A stretch of 64,000 bases of DNA from Paragordius varius (taxonomy: Eukaryota; Animalia; Nematomorpha), in NCBI GenBank assembly GCA_964247055.1, contig OZ176051.1, forward strand, positions 14,446,001 to 14,510,000, written 5' to 3'. Positions 1-12,999 of the stretch are shown here, piece by piece. The notes beneath the pieces are model-generated. The model was not told the origin of the DNA. It did not search any database and saw only the letters and a list, made by a program, of their open reading frames with translations. The translations under genes and the position numbers were made by a program. Every line of letters starts with the position of its first letter. Positions within the stretch are counted from its first letter, which is position 1.

Positions 1-303
1 GCTTTGGTCCAAAAAATTTAATATGCTCGCGATAGTACATTTCAATTTTTTAAAAGCATACTCTGCTAAAATTTTCATTATACATAAAGTATTCATTAAA
101 ACCATTTATACAATTTGCTTGTGCTAAATTTTGTAATTTTATATTAAATATAATTAACATATGATTTCATTTTAAACGCTAACTTTCAACCCTTATTATT
201 CAACCACAATAATGCTTAATTTTTAATATATTTGTTAACAAACTATTTTTCGATTCCTTTTATGTGTAAGAATCTTAAAAATACAGTAATAATATTGAGT
301 TTT

Positions 304-505
304 TTATAATTTCCTAAGACTGATTTCATAAGCTTTCTCTACTTGTATTGTTTTTATATGTATCCGTAACATTAGTACAGCTAAAGAGAGATATGATATC
401 TGATTTGTTAAAAATGCTTGGATATTCTCATAATGATACTTCTTGTTATATGTTTTGTGATGGGCTATCATTGGATGAGCTTCGAATGGATAAATTTTTA
501 TCCTA
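304..505 (-). CDS. Possible terminal exon of an unidentified gene (IKIYPFEAHPMIAHHK...EISLRKL*)
   Basis: Open frame following a T-rich TTTTTTTAG acceptor, slightly less AT-rich than its surroundings. No partner exons or homology recognised. Confidence 0.25.
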
Positions 506-658
506 AAAAAACTGATATTAGGATATTGTAAGCCTGATTTGTACATGTACACATTTGCAATGGAATTTATCCTAATAACATTTCAAATTTAATTAAACTA
601 TTAACAAATAAATTAATTAAAAACTTTAAAACAATTAAGTTATATTAAATTTTGAATA

Positions 659-928
659 CAGTAAAATTTGAAATTACACGGACAAAACGTAAAAATATAA
701 AAAATAATTTTTTTAAAAGAAAACCCTACTTTTTTATATTTAATTATTACTAATATAAAATATTTACCTACCACTGTAAAATAAATTGATGGGGTTTCCT
801 ATTCACATCTGTATTTGATTTTTCGATTAAAATAATGAGTTATATTTAAAATAATCAAGATTTAAAAAGTATGGTTGTTGAAAAAAAATTTGTATTTTTA
901 TGTTTCCGTATAATTTCAATTTTTACTG
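659..928. mobile_element. Palindromic non-autonomous DNA transposon (MITE), TA|CAGTAAAA...TTTTACTG|TA, Tc1/mariner-pogo-like ends
   Basis: Long imperfect terminal inverted repeats (CAGTAAAATTTGAAATTACACGGACAAAACG vs reverse complement of TGTTTCCGTATAATTTCAATTTTTACTG), flanked by TA on both sides. Four more copies in the window. Superfamily inferred from the TA target and CAGT ends. Confidence 0.8.
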
Positions 929-2543
929 TAAATATATGTGTCTTTGCGATCTCATATTTATAACTATAGTTTTAAACGAGCTGAGGAGATAAGTTGATTA
1001 ATAGGGATGGCATGCTAGATAACTGTGTAAAAGAAAACAGTATATTATGTTTTGATGTTTTTGTTTGTTTAAACTAAACATTTGCTTGAACAATCCAATA
1101 TAATATTAATATGGATGTTTTTAGGTATGCTAAACAATGATACCGATTCGGAGTCTGCAATTGGCTGCAAACTATCTTTTAAGCCATATAATAATTTATT
1201 TTGTTCAATTTACTCAATACAAATTAACAATATTAAAGGATTTTTTTAACTTTTGGTCAGCTGATTTCAACGCTTTTTCAGCAAGATAACCTTATTTATC
1301 AACTCATTAAGGTTGAGTTGTGGTAAAAAAATAATCATCAAGCATAAATTTTTGTTTTATTGGCCATTTGACAACTTTTACATTTTTCTCTAAGTTATTT
1401 CAATGATAATATATATTTAATTTTTTTAAAGTCAAGTCATCACAGCAAAAATTGATGTATATCATCAACTTGAGGAACATAATTTAGATTTATTATTAAA
1501 TAAACTTATAGCCATGATGTACCAATTCTGTCAATTAATAAATTGTGTGGTAAAATTATTAATCAGAGCAGTATAAAAGTCTATGTGCCCTAGTGCCGTT
1601 TCGATGAATGCTTAACTTATGATATGGGGTTTCTCCTAATTATAATAGATTTGATCGAGTATTTAAAGAAGCTGAGGCAATCCACTTTGCTTACGCGTTT
1701 ATAAGGAATGTTTTTTTGGATTTCAGGTGTATTAGTATATTTATAACTCATGTTTTTGTGACGTGTGATGATGTTAGTTATATGCGTAGACATTTGCTAA
1801 AAGGATAATAAAAAATTAGTTTTGGACACGGTTAGTTGGATATCAAGGAAATTAATTGAAAATTTATTTAATTTAATACAAAAAGCTAGTGAAAAAGAGT
1901 TAACCTATACCTATATTAACTCAAAATTCAATAAATTTTAATATTTTTATCGCATTCATAGTTAATATAATTATTTAATTTTCAAATATTTCTATGTTTT
2001 GTCAATTTCAACAAAAATCATCTAAAAAAATCCCGATCATCCCGATCAGGTATGAAACATTTATATTATATCAATTTTATTTTAGTTGGTAATATTTATA
2101 AATACAAGCAAACGAAAAACGTAATTTATTCCGTTTCCTGCTTATTAAATTATTTATATTTATATTTATAATTATTCGGTTTTCTTTTTTATTAAATATA
2201 AAAAAATGTTGTATTCAAATTGTGTTATATATTATAATTTGGCAATCGGTCAACCAGAAGTGTAAGTTTAGCCAGATAGCATTAGTATAATTTATTTTAC
2301 CGTAGTAAATGTTAAGCAAGTTGTTTTGAATTAATGCAAATATTGACATTTTCTTAAAAAATACCGTATCACGCACAAGTTATGCAATGATTTTGCCATA
2401 AAAATTAGGCTTTGGGCCAAATAATTCAATAATATTTATTTAGTATCCAGTAATATCGTTATACATTGCCAAATTTAAAAAATATTTACTTAATCTTTTT
2501 AAATACTGTAGGCCTTTTTATTCTCTATATAAGACACCCAAAA

Positions 2544-2874
2544 ATGATATCAAGGCTATTAATTTTTTTTGAAATGATACCACTATCAATTCTATTCCTA
2601 TTTGGGTTCTACGGTGTATTAGCTCAATCTCAACCAAAGCCAAAAGATATATGGGTTAGATTTGGTGACGAATATTATTATGAACTTCTTGATGTATACA
2701 CAGGGAGAGCCAACATAACTGTCAATTTTGCGTACAAAACATTTTCTTACCGTAATGTCAATTATAGTCAATTTCTTGATCAAGAGATAGCACCTAAATT
2801 GAATTTAGTGGATGGCCCTTATTCGGTACTGAAAAATGGCGTGACAGTAAGCCGTGGAAAAATTTTTATTGAAG
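2544..2874 (+). CDS. Gene A exon 1: signal peptide plus first domain of a secreted protein of unknown family
   Basis: ATG at 2544 (alternative 2574) gives MIPLSILFLFGFYGVLA/QSQ, a hydrophobic signal-like N-terminus with a VLA-Q cleavage-like site. Phase-1 donor GAAG|GTATAT at 2875. Confidence 0.7.
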
Positions 2875-3134
2875 GTATATTCATTATTAATAAGATACCC
2901 TTACATTGTGCAATTGTTGTTTTTTTGTATGATAGAGGCTACTTGTATGTTTAATAAATATTTAAATCCTTAAATTATAATTTAAATTTGCATATACTTT
3001 ATGCTTTTGGCTATGTCTCATTGAATAACTAATTAACAGTACATGTGTTTCACGCTCTGTAAAGTTTATTTTTTCAATTTAACCACAATTGATATTTTAT
3101 CTTCTAGATTTAATTGTAATTTTTCGATTTATAG

Positions 3135-3629
3135 AAAATACAGGGGGTATAGAGGTATCTCCGAATCAGATAAAAAAGTGTGAATTTGATATAGCTGAAT
3201 TTTGGCAACCTCTTAAAAACTCCAAAACACCCCCTACCATTCAAATAACTACAAAATATGGAAAACGAGTGCCCTTCCAAGTGTCAAACAAAACAAAATT
3301 AATTTTTAATATACCTGGTAAATGTGATTATGCTGGACATTTGACCATTACCATAAATGGAAAAAAACTTCAAAATTTTATTAAAGTTTCCTACCCTTTG
3401 GCGGAATACAGAAGCTACAATGGGCGATTTATAATTGAGGAAGATTGTTCTGATTTGTTCAATGACCCAAATTTAGCAAAAACGTGTCAATTAAACCTTT
3501 ATGGTTTCAATCGAATTAATGAAATATCTAACGGGTCAATCCGGGCTAATATAAAAGCGGTCCCTGATGAGACTTTAGTCCTTTTCGTGAATGGTTATGC
3601 TTATAGAACATGGGAAACTAAATTTGTTG
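3135..3629 (+). CDS. Gene A exon 2 (two ~80-aa beta-rich units)
   Basis: Phase-1 acceptors at 3134 (TATAG) or 3143 (TACAG), phase-1 donor GTTG|GTATTT at 3630. Clear protein homology to gene B exon 31093-30590 (IQITTKYGK.VPF, YNGR.I, LAKTCQ, SNGSIR). Confidence 0.85.
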
Positions 3630-3767
3630 GTATTTCATCATTTATAATTAAAACTTTTACCTATAAATATATATTTGACATTAAGTGTCCTGAATGTCTA
3701 TCCTGGTAGGCGAGTATTAAAACTTTCAAAAGTCCTTATGCCATTTTTATTTAAAGGAAAATGTTTC

Positions 3768-3770
<3 letters not shown>

Positions 3771-3812
<42 letters not shown>
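3771..3812. repeat. (TA)n microsatellite; others near 4741-4778, 12935-12962, 15835-15867, 27427-27448 and 46751-46781
   Basis: Directly visible dinucleotide runs. Confidence 0.9.
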
Positions 3813-3815
<3 letters not shown>

Positions 3816-4215
3816 GCAGGAACGTGGGACAAAGCTGGAAACTTTAAATATACGCCTAAAAGTTTAAGTAAGTTCAAGTACTATTAATATTTTCTATGAC
3901 AAATATATATTATAGTAATAACATCATTCCTAAATTTTGTTAATATAACATTTTTGAAAAAATCAGATTTCCGACCTTTCATTAATATAATTTGCTTTTA
4001 TCTGCACATGCTAAACCTTAAATTCAAACAGTAGTTAAGATATTATCATTAACATTAAGTTGAAAATTCCTTGTAAAGTCAATTCCATATAGCGTATTCG
4101 TGCTTAAAAACTTAGAAGTGGTGTGTTACCGTATAACAAACGCTCCTTTAATTTTACTAACACATTAATATTATTGAATATTCAGCTTTGGAATTTAATA
4201 TATTAAACAATTTAG

Positions 4216-4473
4216 CAACAAGCGTGCGGAAATACTATCAATGTGAAAATACAGTTAGTTTTTCAACACTTGGATGGAGTGTGAAAGATGTTGAGCTTCT
4301 CGGCCCTTCTTATGAATATTTATACAAATTTAAGATATCCATGGACAAAAATCAATTGATACTAAGTGTTCCGGGAACACAAATATCCAAATATGACAAA
4401 ATATATCTAAAAAAATCGGATTCTCTTCATGAAATCAAACTGGTAGCTCAAGAGTGCAAAACTATTACCAAAA
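4216..4473 (+). CDS. Gene A exon 3 (86 codons, Cys near each end)
   Basis: Acceptor TTTAG|CA at 4215, donor AAAA|GTATTA at 4474, phase 1-1. Same 258-nt length as the gene B exon and the shared motif SVRKYYQCE.TVSFSTLGW.VKD.ELLG. Confidence 0.85.
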
Positions 4474-4738
4474 GTATTAGTTAAAATATTTATAAAATTA
4501 TATAATGATATAAGAGAAATGACTTTAACCTTTAAATTTTTATAAAAGGCAATATAATTATTATAAATTAAAATTCATATAGGGTATTTATTAATTAACC
4601 AAGAAGAATATATAATTTTCTATGAGTAGAAAAGAACGATACTCAATGACTTTTCTAAAGTAATTATTATATAAGTTTTTTAGATAGTTGTCGGATAACA
4701 CACAATTTTCCAGGGTTAGCTTATAGAGAATCTCATAA

Positions 4739-4781
<43 letters not shown>

Positions 4782-5109
4782 TTTCATAAAATTTAAAATA
4801 ATCTCAATTCTAAAGAAAATAGCGTTTTAATAATTCTTTGGAACATGCATTTTAACTCTAAATTGAGAAAATGTAGTTTGGTGGACATTAGTTATTATTC
4901 GCCTGCGTAATATTTATAGAAAGAATGAGTCAAAACACATAACCCTTTACATATTTTCACACTCATTAGAAATTCTTAGTTAATTTTAGTTATTGATGAC
5001 TAGAATTACTACGATTTGATTTTTTGCATAAAATTGACCGTAATATATGTTATAAGCCAACCTCAATGCTTTTTTTTATTAATGTGTTTTTCTTTTATCG
5101 ATATATTAG

Positions 5110-5327
5110 ATATTAGATGGAGTAATAAGGCAACGACCTGGGATCAAATAAAGTCACACCTCTTACCAAACCAATATTCCACAGGAATAACTGTCTATGC
5201 TAAGAATCAGTCTCCGTACACAATCGAATGCAGAGCGAATTCCTGTAGAAAATTGCTTCTTTCGGTTGGAGATCAGCTCGCTATTGTTAATAATCAATTA
5301 AAACTATTAATAACACAAAACATCTAA
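5110..5327 (+). CDS. Gene A exon 4 (terminal)
   Basis: Acceptor ATTAG|AT at 5109, phase 1, ends at a stop. Homologous to gene B terminal exon (TW.QIK..LLPNQYST, EC.A..CR.LLLS.GD.L.IVNNQ). Confidence 0.85.
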
Positions 5328-7149
5328 ATCAATTTCATTTTTCAATAATTTACTAAAGTTAGTTATTTTCCACAAATATTAAATAAATATATAAAACAAT
5401 ATTTTAATAAACATTTTGGAAGACTTTGAATAGGTAAAACAGAAGTGAAACCTCATAATCTAAACGCTAGGATCTCGATATTTATAATTAACTTGTCTCT
5501 GCCCGCAATGTTCTAGCTTACTTCGGCAGTAATTTGCTGCCAGCAATAAAAATATGCCAAAATATTTTTCACATTATAGTGTATAGAATTTTATGGGTTT
5601 TAAGTGGCCCGTCGTTTTTAAAACATTTTAAGGTATACAGTTTATATCTACGTTGTAAATTGGGCGCACTGAGGAGAGATGACCAGGGTTCTGCCCTATG
5701 AAAAGTTTTACATTTAAATGATTTTTAATATTAGGGAAGAGACATCATTGAAATCATTTATATTATATAGCAAGGGGTCCGACCTAAATAGCTTCGTGCA
5801 TTTTTGACTTAAAAAATTCGACGAGTGGCATTCGCTAAAAATACAAACTTTCCACAAAAAACTATATAATATATATAATATTCTGATAGGAAAATGTATC
5901 ATCAGAATCATCATGATATTTTTGGTTTTAGCCTTTACGGATTTATAAAAGTACACTTTTGTAATAAGTGGTACTCCTATCAGTAAATGACAAAATCTGC
6001 CCACATTTTTTCGCATGAAATATTTTTTTGGTAGCTACATGCATCTCTTCAAACAATACTAATATCGTACACTACATATATAAAAAGCAAAACAATATTT
6101 TCCAATGGGCTTTCAAAGTCCCAAGTTTTTTCGCTTTTTTAAAATGGGCTAGTTCTATTAAAATAAACAGCGGGATAGCAAGACAAAGATTAAATGTATG
6201 ATTAATTTCGATAGCACCTAAAAAATTTTTTCGAAAAAGCATTCTTTTTTCAAAATTGATTTTTTGCAAAATTTGTTAAAGCCTTCAAACTATTTTAAGG
6301 CGAAAGGAAACGGTATGAATTCGATTATGCTGAACACTTCTATCAACTGGCATGGATTAACAATTTTTTACCTTTATGCTTTTTTGCCCTAGGTATATAT
6401 TTTAATGTAGTTTTATATCCCAGAGCTTAATTTTACGAATAAACTAAGTTAAAGTTAGTTTAAATAATTAACAAACATACCTCTTATGTGATGAAAAAAA
6501 CTTATATATTTTATTTGACTTATAGAGTCTATAATAACAGCTCCAAATCACGATTGAAACAAACAGCTGAAATTAAAATTATAAAATACATTAAATTTTT
6601 GCTGGTAAAATATGGTTTGAAAGCTTCTTAAATTATATACAATTTTTTACCATAGCAATCATTTGCCTGTTTCATTAGCGATTTAAAATTAATATAAAAA
6701 ATGGCGCCAAAAATGTTTGATATAAGGATTTTTTACAAATTGCATTTTTTAAAAAAAATTTGTACAACGCGCCCAAAAGACTAGAACATATAATTCAATT
6801 CAGCTTAATACGTTAATTTTTAAGTAGTAGACGCCGCACTAAAAAAGCTCAGCCCCCAAACAAAAATATAAATGGTCGTTTGAAAACAGTGATAAACATT
6901 TTTCTGCCACCAAAAACAATGCCGTGAAAATTTAGATAAATAATTCCTATCTACAAGCAAAGCTTAAGGGTAAAAATACTGCGTCGTTTAAAAAATATCC
7001 AAACTATCGATTTTGCCAACAAATAATGAGAAAAAAATAAGTCACAAAAAGTCTACAAATTGGCAAAGAGTTTACCTTAATGTAATGTACAAAATTATGC
7101 AAAAGTACACGTATATCCAATGCGATCAGCTTTGATCCGCAACTCGTTA

Positions 7150-8730
7150 ATCAAAGCTTTCATGACTTTTTTAAAGAGTCTCTAAACCATTCTTTTAAAG
7201 TAGTTAACGACACTAACTCACTAGTCCAGGGTTGTGCAGAGTTTATAACCCTAAACGATATAGTAAATTCTATCCAAACTAAAAAACAAAAGAGCACCCG
7301 GCTTATGCGAACGTATCTGTCGACTCAATTAAATGCATTGACCCGGCCACAATAACTCCTAAACTCTCCTTTTTAATAATATACTCAAAACAGACAAGAT
7401 CCTTGAATGGATAGATAGTTTTATAATTCCAATTTACAAAGAGAAAGGCGATCCATATCATCCCAGTGCATACAGGCCAATCAAAACTCTAGAACATTGA
7501 TTGAAAATATATGTGAGTCTCCTCGACAAACTTTAAAATAAACTACACACAAACTATATGCCAATAGGTTTAATCAATAATAAAACTTCAATAGATGCTA
7601 TATTTATATTATGACAGTTACAATCAGCACATTCCAATAAATCTTCACTTCATCAACATCTGTCGACCTTGAGAAGGCTTTTGATAGTGTAATTAGAACA
7701 CTAATACCATGGGCTTAAAGGAGTTATGGGTGCGAAGATCGGATCAAACAGGCAATTATTACCACAATAGTTATAACAAGATAAAAACTGCCTATGGCTT
7801 TACTCAAAAATTCCAAATCGATCGGCTTGCATCGAGGATCCGTTACGAGCCCTATACTTTTCAATGTAATTCTTGATAAAATTACAGGCGTCATTAGGAC
7901 AGGGTTACCGTGGCAGATCTTGTTCGCCGACGATTCGTTACTTACTTCCACATCCCAAGGACCTTGTACACTATTTGGAAATTCGAAAATCTAATCTTGA
8001 AGTTGGTCTAGAATAGCAAAACTAAATTAAGACAGACACTATTGATAAAAAACAGAAGTAGTATTTGTAGCAAAGATATCAAATTTAACTCCTTAATGTG
8101 CACACATTGCAGTTTGTGGGTACACAAAAAGTGTTTTTGTCCAACCCTTGAACATTCCACACTTCGTATGCCGATTCTAAGTAGAAAACCATTTATTTGG
8201 AACCCCCATGCAATCAAAACAGTAGCCTTTATATACCTCGGCGACGTTATTACCATTAGAGGAGGTATAGTTAATGCAAAACACCGATCCAACCAAGATT
8301 GGAAATAATACCATTAAATCAAGCTAACAACAAATTAATAAACATTACAAAGCAAAAATATATACTACTGCGTCACGGCCACGGTGCAGAAACATGGTCG
8401 TTGACTAAAAATAATAATAAAATTTAACAAACCGAAATTAAATCCTTAGGACAATTCTTTTTGCATTAAACTCATCCGAAAATTTCAATAATAATTTTGC
8501 CGCGCAATTTTTCAAAAAGACCCAATTGATCATATAATCCAAACCAAAAGACTAAACTGGTTAGGACACATTAAGCGAAGAAATGATGAATTATTTTGAG
8601 AGAGATGCAACATTAATAATTAGATTAAAACTCTACTCAGTTGTCCTTTAAAAACATGGAAAACAATCACAGAAAATGTTGAGGAATGAAAAATTTAAAG
8701 ACGCCTACAACCGCAGGGAAGAAATAAATA
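7150..8730 (+). mobile_element. Decayed RTE-clade non-LTR retrotransposon (reverse transcriptase remnant)
   Basis: Frameshifted and stopped RT motifs in order: IPIYKEKGDP...AYRPIK, DAIFIL, VDLEKAFDSV, GLHRGSVTSPILFNVILD, ILFADD, C..C.LWVHKKC, FIYLGD. Element boundaries approximate. Confidence 0.85.
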
Positions 8731-10742
8731 TATCAAGCACTCTCTATTAAGTACCCTGATTTTCTTTTTGTTTGGCAACTTTTAATTCAATGGTTTTTAT
8801 ACTTTTTGTATAAATGAGCTTAAAATAACAATTGTAAATTACAACATAATATCTAAATGTTTAAGAACATAGGTCTGTATAAGTCTAAATGAATTAACCA
8901 TTGCATCTATTTTTCGACTTTAAAAATTCATTTTACCAACCAATTCAAACGTGAGACCAGAAGCGTAGCTTGCATTTCCGGCCCCGGGTGCATGATTCTG
9001 TAAAGGCGCCCTCTCCCTCTCCATGCAACCCCTTGCTTTTTTAAATAATCAAATTCAAAAACCAATGTGGCTCGTCCTAAACAGAAATAAAAAATATGCA
9101 CATACAACTATTGGAAAACGACGGCTTGCTTAGCAAATTCATCAGAAAAATTAAAAAATTATGATATAAGTTTCTGGGCGAAAAGTTCGTTTTAAATGGA
9201 AATGTTGTATACAAGCAGTATTCAAAGTGCATTCGAATGCGTGGCCCGACTAAAAAATTTCTTTTGAAATATGCTTATGTTCGTAGAATGCCAATCCTAA
9301 GGTATTATAAACATCAAAAATTTAATTAAATATTAGTTTTCATGAAGACTGCCACATAAATATAGCATATATTATATATAATCAACATTTATTTCCCTAG
9401 CATTTAATAAAGTCCTCTATTGTATGACTAGTCGAAAAATATTAAGGCGCCGTTGTCAGGCACAGGTTTTATTGTCGAATTACTCGAAAAATGCTGGGCC
9501 ACCGTTTTTTGCCAGTAAAGTGCAATTGGTATCATGATTATTAGCATTATGCGAATATAATTGTAACCTTTTGTGCGGTATAATTTGCTTTCCTTTTTGT
9601 TTTTCTTGAGCGCTAATTTTAGGCATTCCTGATAATATAATATTAAAATAATATTTTTCGTTTTCGAACTATTAACCTATCCTACTCGTCGAGATTATAA
9701 TACAGAGCGAACGATTTGAACAAATTTAAAAATATCAATGCTTTAGTATATTAAAATCCATGAATTCAAATATGAACCGTTAAAGTATGGTTTATTTTGT
9801 ATTTTAAACATAGTTGAAAATAGTTGTATCAAAATAAATATTATTCGCATGTCATACCCCTCTAATGGAAAATCGGATAATGAAAAAAAAAATATTTTAT
9901 TTTTAAGAAGTAAAAGATTAAAGTTGCTATTGAACAGCAAAAATATAAAGGGAAACAAAAAAAAGGAAAAATAAAAAAGCACGGCATAAAGATGGTGTCA
10001 CATGTCTTGATTTGGGAAAAAAATAAAACATTTATTTTAAAATTTACTCTTTCTTATTATATAATTTTGCATTTTATAATTTTAAAAAACATTAAGATTA
10101 ATAATGATTTTATCCTTATATCTGACACTTTGGTGATTTGAAGCCAATATTTGAAGTTGGGTTCCATGAATGATATAAACAGGATGAGGTCAAGAAAAGT
10201 AGGGTCAGATAAAGTGGAGTTATAATAAAAGATATGAAACAGATAAATTTAAATCTTGATAAAAGGATAATTTTGATAAGATTGAGGGCTTGGTACTCAT
10301 AAATGGGTGAATTTTCATGTATTATTTTAAAATAATAACTTTTAAATACCTATTTTATTTAAATAAAATTTATTGCCCTACTTTCCACATCCCTAGCTAC
10401 ACCACTGTGAAAGACTAGATCTTAGATCTAAAAATATAAAACTTAACGTGGAAAAGTTTCTTTAGATCTTGTGAGCTGTAATATGTATTGCTAATGTAAG
10501 TTTATTATTTTTTAATTTATTTGATTTATTTCGCTTTCATTTTTCATTTAATTTATAAGTACTCTATATAATTTAGTGTTTAATTCATTTATTATTATTT
10601 TTTTACTATCTTTTTAATTGCATTTTTTGGGTTTTATTTATGTGAAGTCCAGACCTAGCCAGTTTCACGGGAGGTAGGGGCCAATGATGTTGGGGAGATT
10701 TTTAACATTAATATTAGTTCGTTATGAAAAGCTATATGAATT

Positions 10743-10917
10743 CAGTAAAAATTGTAATTATACGGACAAAACGTAAAATTATATATATATTATATCTATT
10801 TCACACTTTGCCATTTAAAACAATGAGTATAAATCTAGATTTAAAAAGTAGTGTTTTCTTTTAAAAAAATATTTGTTTTTATTTTACGTTTTCTCCGTAT
10901 TATTTCAGTTTTTACTG
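10743..10917. mobile_element. CAGTAAAA-family MITE, shortened copy
   Basis: Same terminal inverted repeats as 659-928. Confidence 0.7.
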
Positions 10918-11429
10918 TAGTTAAAACTTTGGAGATTTAAAAGATAAATTTTCTGCATTCAGGAGAATAGATACCATAGTAACTATGGGTAGAGGTAATC
11001 AAAATTAGGAAACACTTTTCCTTAGCTTAAGAGAGATTGGTACCACAGCAAGAGTATATGTTAAAGGTTACAGCTTTACAAAAAAATATTTCACGAGGAT
11101 CTTTTGCAGATTTCTTGCGATTTAAAGGTATTTCGCAGTAACTTAAACATATATGCCATTAACTTTTAAATTGGGCTTTTTATACATAGAATCACCCTTT
11201 GGTATTAATGATACTTAACGTTTATCACCAATAATACCTGAATACTTTATTATCTTTATGGTAGTTTTGTATCCCCAGAGGGATTATAAATACTTATTAG
11301 AATAGATTTTTATTGATCTGAATTTTAAAAGGAACATATTTTAGCCTTGGGGCGCATGATAAACAATTTCCGAATAACGTAAAAATATAAAAAGATACTT
11401 CGCAATTCATTTCGCCGTCATTTTTTCGT

Positions 11430-12300
11430 TGCAATTGTTCAATAGCAGTGGTTTAGGTAAAGATAATGCAAATTCTACAATTAAAATATTTTTGTATGGA
11501 ACATAATTTGTTTAAAAATGATTATTTTAACCATTTCTATCCTACGTATTTTTTTCTGTTGTCCATAATATAAGTTTTCATTCCATATATTTAATTAATA
11601 ATGAGACTTCATCAAAAAGTGTCATTGTGCACCGTCGTGTCTTCCAAATAATCGTTTCTGTTTGTATAAAACATTTTAATATTCTGGCTATTCATTGAGC
11701 CTTGTTTTTCTGGATGCTTTATAATATTGCGATTAGGTAATGGTATAAAATTATTTTCTAACCTTTTTTGACTTGGAATTTTGACCTTAGTCGTGTGATA
11801 AAAAATAGGATTATAGGAGATCACATTTTTATAAATATTTCAATCGCTGGCAAAAGAGCTAACCAACAGTTCTACAATATCCAAGCATTTTAACATCTAT
11901 ATTTTCCACATCCAGGGGTAACAAATCAGTAGCTGTTTGACGTTGTGTTTCTGCCAATAATGTTTTGATTAACATTATTCGCTAAATTGTTAAAAATATT
12001 TTTTGTGCCGCTTCTTGCATCACCCAGCGCACTTTGTGATTTTCGTCTTCATTTTTTTAGAATATTACAATCACTTCACCCTTTGTTCGTGCACATGTAA
12101 ATTTATTGAATATGGTACAAACAACATGTAAGGTACAAATTTTTTTATATTTATAATGTATTTGTGTTAAAAATAAATAAATATTACAATAAATTTTTTG
12201 TATAAATTTTTTTGGTTGTACCCCCCAATGATCCACCCCCCCCCCCCCCCCTCTTTTCAGATTTGTCCCGCTTTTTCCTTCAACAAATCTGGTCACCTTA
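11430..12300 (-). mobile_element. Internally compressed hAT (Blackjack-like) derivative; one terminus retained at 12300
   Basis: Terminal ...GTCCCGCTTTTTCC...CTGGTCACCTTA. Inverted near-copy of 33044-33900. Contains ordered fragments of the 34003-35887 transposase (KFTCARTK, AADLLPLD, RLENNFIP, KMFYTN..DYLED, FALSLP). No opposite terminus found. Confidence 0.8.
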
Positions 12301-12931
12301 TATATGGCATATAATTTCGAGATAACCTTTTTTGGTAAAAATAAGTGTTTTTACATTTTCTATACTCATTAGGTGGGAGGTTTGATATTACTTAATTTAT
12401 TTCCTAATTAATTTTCATTAGTGTTCTTATTTCATAAAAATTTAAATTATTTTGTTGAAGCCTACTTCAAACGATTTTAAGCATGAATGAAACGGTATAA
12501 CGCTCTAAGATATAGTAAAACTTTAAATAATTCGATGATGATGAACAATAAAAATATTAATTTTAAGATTTCTTTGCTTAAAAATTTGGGTGTTTTTATA
12601 TAAATTTGAAAATGAAAACCAACTGATTGAGAAATTAGCATTATCGAATTATATGTACAAATTGTTATTACATTTTAACCGTTTATATCATTTCCATCAT
12701 GCTCAAAGCTTCAACAAAATCTTGCTAAATATTATTTTGAAATTATGTATTTTTTAAAAATATATTTAGTGGTCAAAATTTAGCACATACTTAAAATTAT
12801 TGCACAATGTCGGAATTTTCCGTTTATAATAAACAGTCCATTTTAAAAAAGCCAAAAATTTGGGACTCTCAGAATCCACATCTAAAAATTTAACCCAAAA
12901 GCACCATGATAATCCTGATATTTTCCCATCA

Positions 12932-12967
<36 letters not shown>

Positions 12968-12999
12968 TGGATTTTTTTAGTGGAAACTGGAAATATACC

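Noticed and set aside
2466-2543. ORF-track TTG start and read-through ends of gene A and B ORFs (2954, 3709, 4484, 30576, 30044, 31202)
   Set aside because: Homology between paralogues stops at the splice sites, so these extensions are intronic or UTR.
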